A stretch of DNA of 32,000 nucleotides from contig NZ_RSDW01000001.1 of NCBI RefSeq assembly GCF_003945235.1, positions 5,520,001 through 5,552,000 of the forward strand, written 5' to 3'. Source of the stretch: Edaphobacter aggregans. GTDB taxonomy: Bacteria; Acidobacteriota; Terriglobia; Terriglobales; Acidobacteriaceae. The position numbers and the translations under genes were made by a program. Below are positions 27,543 to 32,000 of this stretch, one piece after another. How positions within the stretch are numbered: position 1 is the first letter of the stretch; each line of letters begins with the position of its first letter. The notes beneath the pieces are model-generated. The model saw nothing but the letters and a program-made list of their open reading frames with translations, did no database searches and had not been told where the DNA came from.

Positions 27543-27911
27543 CGGTATGCCTTTCGAAGAGAAAGGCGGGGGACGGGATTGTAGATCGGACACTCGGAGA
27601 ACTAATGAGTGGGCTTGGGACATGAAACGATCATTTCAGCATCGCGAGGGTTTATGTTGGTCTCGTCGTGTAGCACTCACGATGCCTCCTGCATAGTAGT
27701 GCCGAGGACCCGCACTCCGAAACTGCTGCTTTGACGACAGCCCAAAACACTCATGGAGTCTGGGCCGGGCCCCGTTCAAAGGAATCGGTCCCGAAAAAGC
27801 CGCAGGATCTAGGAATGCCATTGCGCGCCTTTCGCTGCGGCAATCCACTTGAGCGAAAAGTCGGCTTAGCGGACGCTTGGCAGCGCGACTGATGTTACGA
27901 GCACTTTTCCC

Positions 27912-27960
27912 GATAGCCGGTTTTACGCCCAAGTGAATAACTTCCGGTTTGCCCGTCAAC
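27912..27960. repeat. Copy C of the dispersed repeat; left arm of the inverted repeat flanking the amidohydrolase
   Basis: 27929-27960 (CCAAGTGAATAACTTCCGGTTTGCCCGTCAAC) matches the reverse complement of 30061-30092 at 27/32 positions. 27912-27924 is the reverse complement of 22223-22235. Confidence 0.6.
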
Positions 27961-30092
27961 CAAAGTACAACAGTCGCCGACCGCAGTGCCTACGCGATTA
28001 CCGGAACTCCGGGCATCGAAACTTAGGCATCGGAGTATGAAGAGCCAAAGCTAACAATCAAATGACTTCCCCGCACCTTCTGTGGTACTGTTTCGTCACC
28101 TACAGTAACCAATTTTGAACTTTGACGGTCGACTTGACTAGCTAGAACGCGGTGTGCCGCGAAGGGCAAGCCTCGGGGAATGACGAATGATGATGAACTA
28201 CCGGTGCAACCGTAGAGAGTTTCTAAGCCATAGTGGAGCTGGCATTGCCGGTCTAGTCAGTGGCCAGTGGTTAGGGGGCGCAACGACAGCTCACGCGCAG
28301 GGCGCCGATGTCACACCGCGGGATCCCGATCTCGTGGTCTTCAACGCCAAGATATACACGGTCGATTCCCGCGTCCCGAAGGCTGAGGCGTTCGCGGTGA
28401 AGGGTGGACGGTTCGTCGCAGTAGGACGCAGTGACGAGATCAAGGGGCTTGTTGGCAAGAAGACCCAGACCTACGACGCCAGGCAGATGATGATTGTGCC
28501 CGGGTTCATCGACACGCACAATCATGGTCGCGGTGAGGTGCTCCTCTATAACGTGCTCGTCGGCAATCCCTTCGATGTCGAGTTCGTGACCATCCAGAGC
28601 ATTATCGATAAGTTGCGCGCCCGAGCTGCGACAACACCTCCGGGCACCTGGGTTGAGGGCTATTTCTTCGACGACACGAAATTGAAGGACAATCGTCCGC
28701 TGAACGCGCAGGATCTCGACAAGGTCTCGACTGAACACCCAGTCTTCGTCCACCATCGCGGCGGTCACACCGGGTTTTATAACAGCGTGGCCTTCCAGCG
28801 GGCGGGCATTACGAAGGACACGCCCAACCCGTTTGGTGGGACCTATGACAAGGATGAGAAGGGCGAACTCAACGGCCGGGTGACCGACAGGGCGATGGCC
28901 ACACTCTCGAAGGCCGGCACGCTGGAGAGCTTCTCTCCCGCGGAGAAGGAGAAGCGCGTATCGAACGGTGTGGCATTCATTTCCAAGAAGTTTGTCCAGT
29001 ATGGCCTGACGACCGTGCACCATAATGAGCCAGGCGTTCTGGCTGCAATGCAGGAGCAGCGAGTGAGCGCAGGTCTATTGCACCGGGTGAGCTACGAGCC
29101 TACCGGAGACCTGCTGGAAGCGATGATTCAGAACGGCATCGAAAGCGGTTTTGGTGATGAGTGGATCCGATTGGGCGCCACCTATGAGCACACGGTAGAT
29201 GGGTCCTTCTCCGAGCGCACGATGGCGATCAGCAGACCCTATATCGGCATCTCGCCGCCCTACCAGGGCAACCTAACGGAGACTCAGGAAGACCTCAATG
29301 CGTGGGCCGAGCGGGTACACCGCGCAGGGATCCGGCTGAATTGCCACGCCAATGGGGATGTAGCTATCGACAGGGTGTTGACGGCGTATGAACGGGCTCT
29401 GAAGTTGTATCCCCGCGGCGATGTACGGCCCAAGATTACCCATTGCAGCCTAATCAATGATGATCTGGTGCGGCGCATGAAGGCGCTCAACGTCGTGCCG
29501 GCCGAGTTCAGCACCTATGCGTATTACAACTCAGACAAGTTTCACTTCTATGGCGAGGAGATGATGAGCCATATGACGGCCTTCCGCACTTTGATCGATG
29601 CCGGAATTGTGCCCTCTGCCGGTTCGGACTTCAGTCCGGGGCCGTTCTCGCCGCTGATGGCTATTCAAGGCATGGTGACGCGCACGGGGTGGAATGGAGA
29701 GACCTGGGGAGCGAACCAGCGGATAAGCCTGGAAGAGGCGCTGAGGGTCAACACCATCAATGGCGCCTACAACTCGTGTGAGGAAGCGATCAAGGGATCC
29801 ATCACATCGGGCAAGCTGGCAGACTTCGTCGTCCTGGCGGACGATCTTCATACCGTGGACAAAAAGAAGATCAAAGACGTCCAGGTCGTTCGCACAGTGG
29901 TGGGCGGCTCCACGGTTTACCAGGCATGACGTCTCCGCGCGTATGACTGGCTCAGCCGTTGAGCGAAGAAACTAACTAACGGAATCCGTCTTTAACATTC
30001 TTCGAAAGTGTCCCAGTTTCTCACCATCACCAGCGCGCCCTGACAAAGCGATAGTGTCCGGTTGGTCGGCTAACCGGAAGTTGTTCACTTGG
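27929..30092. mobile_element. Possible non-autonomous cassette: amidohydrolase gene bracketed by 32-bp imperfect inverted repeats
   Basis: The inverted repeats at 27929-27960 and 30061-30092 enclose only 28187-29929 and its flanks. No transposase lies inside, and I saw no target-site duplication. Confidence 0.25.
28187..29929 (+). CDS. Amidohydrolase-3 (YtcJ-like) metal-dependent hydrolase, TAT/Sec-exported
   Basis: 580 aa. The signal is MMMNYRCNRREFLSHSGAGIAGLVSGQWLGGATTAHAQG. Metal-binding motifs are PGFIDTHNH, LNCHANGD and PSAGSDFSPGP. GGGGA lies 8 nt upstream of the ATG. Confidence 0.92.
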   Translation: MMMNYRCNRREFLSHSGAGIAGLVSGQWLGGATTAHAQGADVTPRDPDLVVFNAKIYTVDSRVPKAEAFAVKGGRFVAVGRSDEIKGLVGKKTQTYDARQMMIVPGFIDTHNHGRGEVLLYNVLVGNPFDVEFVTIQSIIDKLRARAATTPPGTWVEGYFFDDTKLKDNRPLNAQDLDKVSTEHPVFVHHRGGHTGFYNSVAFQRAGITKDTPNPFGGTYDKDEKGELNGRVTDRAMATLSKAGTLESFSPAEKEKRVSNGVAFISKKFVQYGLTTVHHNEPGVLAAMQEQRVSAGLLHRVSYEPTGDLLEAMIQNGIESGFGDEWIRLGATYEHTVDGSFSERTMAISRPYIGISPPYQGNLTETQEDLNAWAERVHRAGIRLNCHANGDVAIDRVLTAYERALKLYPRGDVRPKITHCSLINDDLVRRMKALNVVPAEFSTYAYYNSDKFHFYGEEMMSHMTAFRTLIDAGIVPSAGSDFSPGPFSPLMAIQGMVTRTGWNGETWGANQRISLEEALRVNTINGAYNSCEEAIKGSITSGKLADFVVLADDLHTVDKKKIKDVQVVRTVVGGSTVYQA

Positions 30093-30125
30093 ACGAGTAG
30101 TCGCCATCTCGTACAGTTGGGAGCC
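30061..30125. repeat. Copy D of the dispersed repeat; right arm of the inverted repeat flanking the amidohydrolase
   Basis: 30061-30092 matches copy C and 30098-30125 matches copy B, both as reverse complements, so the two modules abut here. It sits between two convergent gene ends. Confidence 0.7.
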
Positions 30126-30281
30126 TAGGCAAAGCATGGTGAGAATGACACCGCCGAGAATGACCGGGCCTTTCGGCGTGGCCTGATACACGTCATGAGC
30201 CGCCCCCTGGTCGCGATGTGTTTACGTATCTACTAGAAGCGGGCCATTGGTCGATTCCGGTGAGACCGTTGGCTCATTCAT

Positions 30282-32000
30282 TTATTTTTTCGCCACTTGG
30301 CTGAATCGCCACAACTCCGACCGCAGCACGTCGTGCATTGCTATGAAGTCCCCCTCCAGCGTCCACCCGGGCGCGAGAGTGTCTCCCCGCCTGTCAAACG
30401 AAATCGCCGTCACCTTCCGGCCATCCGAAATCGCAGGTTGGTAGTCGAAATCACGTGCTGTCACCACATTCAGCAGAATGAGTCCCTTTTGGTTGATCGC
30501 CGATGCGGACAGGTTCACCGCTGCAAGCCTTATTCCGGCGGGAAGCACGATCGGTTCGGCGGCACCTGAAGGAAGCTGGATGCGCACGATTCCCTTGATG
30601 TTGTGGATGACAAGCATCCGTCCCGCCGGGTCGATCGCGAGGTCTTCGCCCTCGGCGACCCGCACTGGTGGCCCTCCGGTGTCCTGCATCGAGTAGATAT
30701 TGTCCTCCGCGACGTAATAAATGGTTTTCAGGCTGGACGAAACAGCTAAGGCCGTCGCATTGCCGCCGGGAACCGGAATTTCCCGCTGGACCACGCCGTT
30801 GTGAACAGAGACAAAGGCGATGCGGCGCTTTCCGGGGGCACCAAGCAAAAGGGCTACCACATCCGCGCTCACCGGCGCAGCATATGCGACGTCCGCGGCA
30901 TCCGCCTGTAGAAAAGGATGAAAGTCCGTGCCCATCATCCCGCTGAGCAGCCGCAAATTGCCACCTAACGGAGCCGTGATCAGAACGCGCCCATCCTTCA
31001 ACGCCAGCGCCATGTTGTTAAGGGGGGCAGGCGTCGCCGATTCCGCAATAAGTTTGCCTTCCACAGTGAACCGCGAGATCGACGGGCTCATCTCGGCCGA
31101 GTCCACGTAGATTGATCCATCAGGCGCGGCATCCACATAAAACGGCGGCCTGCCATTTGAGAATGAAAGCACACGCGAGTGTCCGGGTCTCCCATTTCTC
31201 TCTACGCGGATCAACTCAAAACTGTTTTGTTCCCTCCCCAGCATCAGGACGCCACGGCCGTCCGGAGTCGGCACTACGGGAAGTCCCAACTGAAAATCGA
31301 GGCGATCGATACGCGCCTGGGGATCGAGCCGGCGAGATTTGCGCGTAGCGAGATCGAGGATGTACGGCTGCGCGCCGGATTCGATGCCAGCTTCCTGTGT
31401 CGCTCCGATGAATACGATCTCTTTACCGTCCGGGAATGCGCGAATCGGCGGTCCCGCATCCCACCGCTCCAGATACGCGGGCAGAGGCTCGCTTCGACCC
31501 GACTCCGGCCAAAACCGAAACGCCTGGTTGTTCCCCCGCAGCGTCCTCTTGAGCACGACTAGGCTACCGTCAGGCAGCGGCTGCGGCGCCCATGCGTCTT
31601 CCAGCAGCAGGGTGGGTTCTCCGCCAAGCGGCGGAATCGAATACACCCCGGCGGGCCGTTCCCAAAAGCGGTCGAAGAAGAGGCGCGAACCGTCCCGAGC
31701 CCAGGCTACGTTGGTGACGGAACCATTGCTGGTATCGTCTGTCAGGACGTTCCAACTCCCTCCGTCGGGTTTCATGATCGCCACCTGCGTCTGCCGGTTG
31801 ACGAGGGCGATCAGCGCCAGCATCTGGCCGTCCGGAGACACTCGCGGTGAGAAGGCAACAACAGGGCCGCCCAGGCGGACGCCGGCCCATGCCGGTGTTG
31901 CCTCCGGAGCACGAGTCCGCCAGAGAATGAAAGCAGCAACGATGGCAAGTACGGTTGCGGAAGCAGCAACCCACCTCCGCTTCACGGGTGAGAGCGTGGC
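30282..32000 (-). CDS. TM-anchored TolB-like (PD40/WD40-like) beta-propeller protein; probably the C-terminal part of a longer protein continuing past 32000
   Basis: The ORF-track start at 31985 is a GTG, but the frame stays open to the window edge (…ATLSPVKRRW…). The TM helix is VAASATVLAIVAAFILW. Propeller motifs recur: SPDGQMLA, ARDGSRLFF, FPDGKEIVF, TPDGRGVL, APDGSIYV. In Acidobacteriota this module commonly follows a Ser/Thr kinase domain (inference). Confidence 0.85.
   Translation of the reverse strand, partial: ATLSPVKRRWVAASATVLAIVAAFILWRTRAPEATPAWAGVRLGGPVVAFSPRVSPDGQMLALIALVNRQTQVAIMKPDGGSWNVLTDDTSNGSVTNVAWARDGSRLFFDRFWERPAGVYSIPPLGGEPTLLLEDAWAPQPLPDGSLVVLKRTLRGNNQAFRFWPESGRSEPLPAYLERWDAGPPIRAFPDGKEIVFIGATQEAGIESGAQPYILDLATRKSRRLDPQARIDRLDFQLGLPVVPTPDGRGVLMLGREQNSFELIRVERNGRPGHSRVLSFSNGRPPFYVDAAPDGSIYVDSAEMSPSISRFTVEGKLIAESATPAPLNNMALALKDGRVLITAPLGGNLRLLSGMMGTDFHPFLQADAADVAYAAPVSADVVALLLGAPGKRRIAFVSVHNGVVQREIPVPGGNATALAVSSSLKTIYYVAEDNIYSMQDTGGPPVRVAEGEDLAIDPAGRMLVIHNIKGIVRIQLPSGAAEPIVLPAGIRLAAVNLSASAINQKGLILLNVVTARDFDYQPAISDGRKVTAISFDRRGDTLAPGWTLEGDFIAMHDVLRSELWRFSQVAKK

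Noticed and set aside
27636-27959. 107-aa minus-strand ORF in the gap between the TetR and amidohydrolase genes. Short peptide similarities also appear among repeat copies (…ISYSWEPR… at 22187-22372 and 30091-30129), which might suggest remnants of a coding gene such as an SDR-like GRIVxIS motif.
   Set aside because: The ORFs have no RBS or recognisable domain. The similarity between copies is at nucleotide level and crosses reading frames and orientations. This fits a non-coding repeat better than a conserved protein.

Overview
GC-rich bacterial chromosomal window. The gene content and protein styles suggest Acidobacteriota (inference only): CarboxypepD_reg-type TonB-dependent receptors without SusD partners, an Ig-like giant surface protein, a TolB-like propeller behind a TM helix, and an integrase beginning VTLVKRGEIWWYDFQF. 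Positions 1-19.5 kb are a carbohydrate-utilisation neighbourhood. It holds two TonB-dependent receptors, a membrane-anchored wHTH regulator co-transcribed with a secreted protein, a GH63-like hydrolase that is now a pseudogene, a GH31 alpha-xylosidase/glucosidase plus TPR protein operon, a possible GH127-like gene tail, and an 887-aa TAT-exported enzyme-like protein. Positions 19.9-30.2 kb look accessory. They hold a decayed tyrosine integrase, an FMN-dependent alpha-hydroxy-acid dehydrogenase, a 1353-aa orphan secreted protein divergent from a TetR regulator, and an amidohydrolase bracketed by 32-bp inverted repeats. A short mosaic repeat family is scattered in the intergenic regions. The window ends inside a TolB-like beta-propeller gene that probably continues beyond 32000. 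I saw no rRNA, tRNA, CRISPR array, intact transposase or recognisable defence or secretion operon. I cannot name a complete novel system. The least explained items are the giant orphan protein with its internal Gly/Ala/Ser-rich hydrophobic module and odd C-terminal anchor, the inverted-repeat-bracketed amidohydrolase cassette, and the dispersed repeat family. All family assignments come from motif recognition by eye, not from searches.
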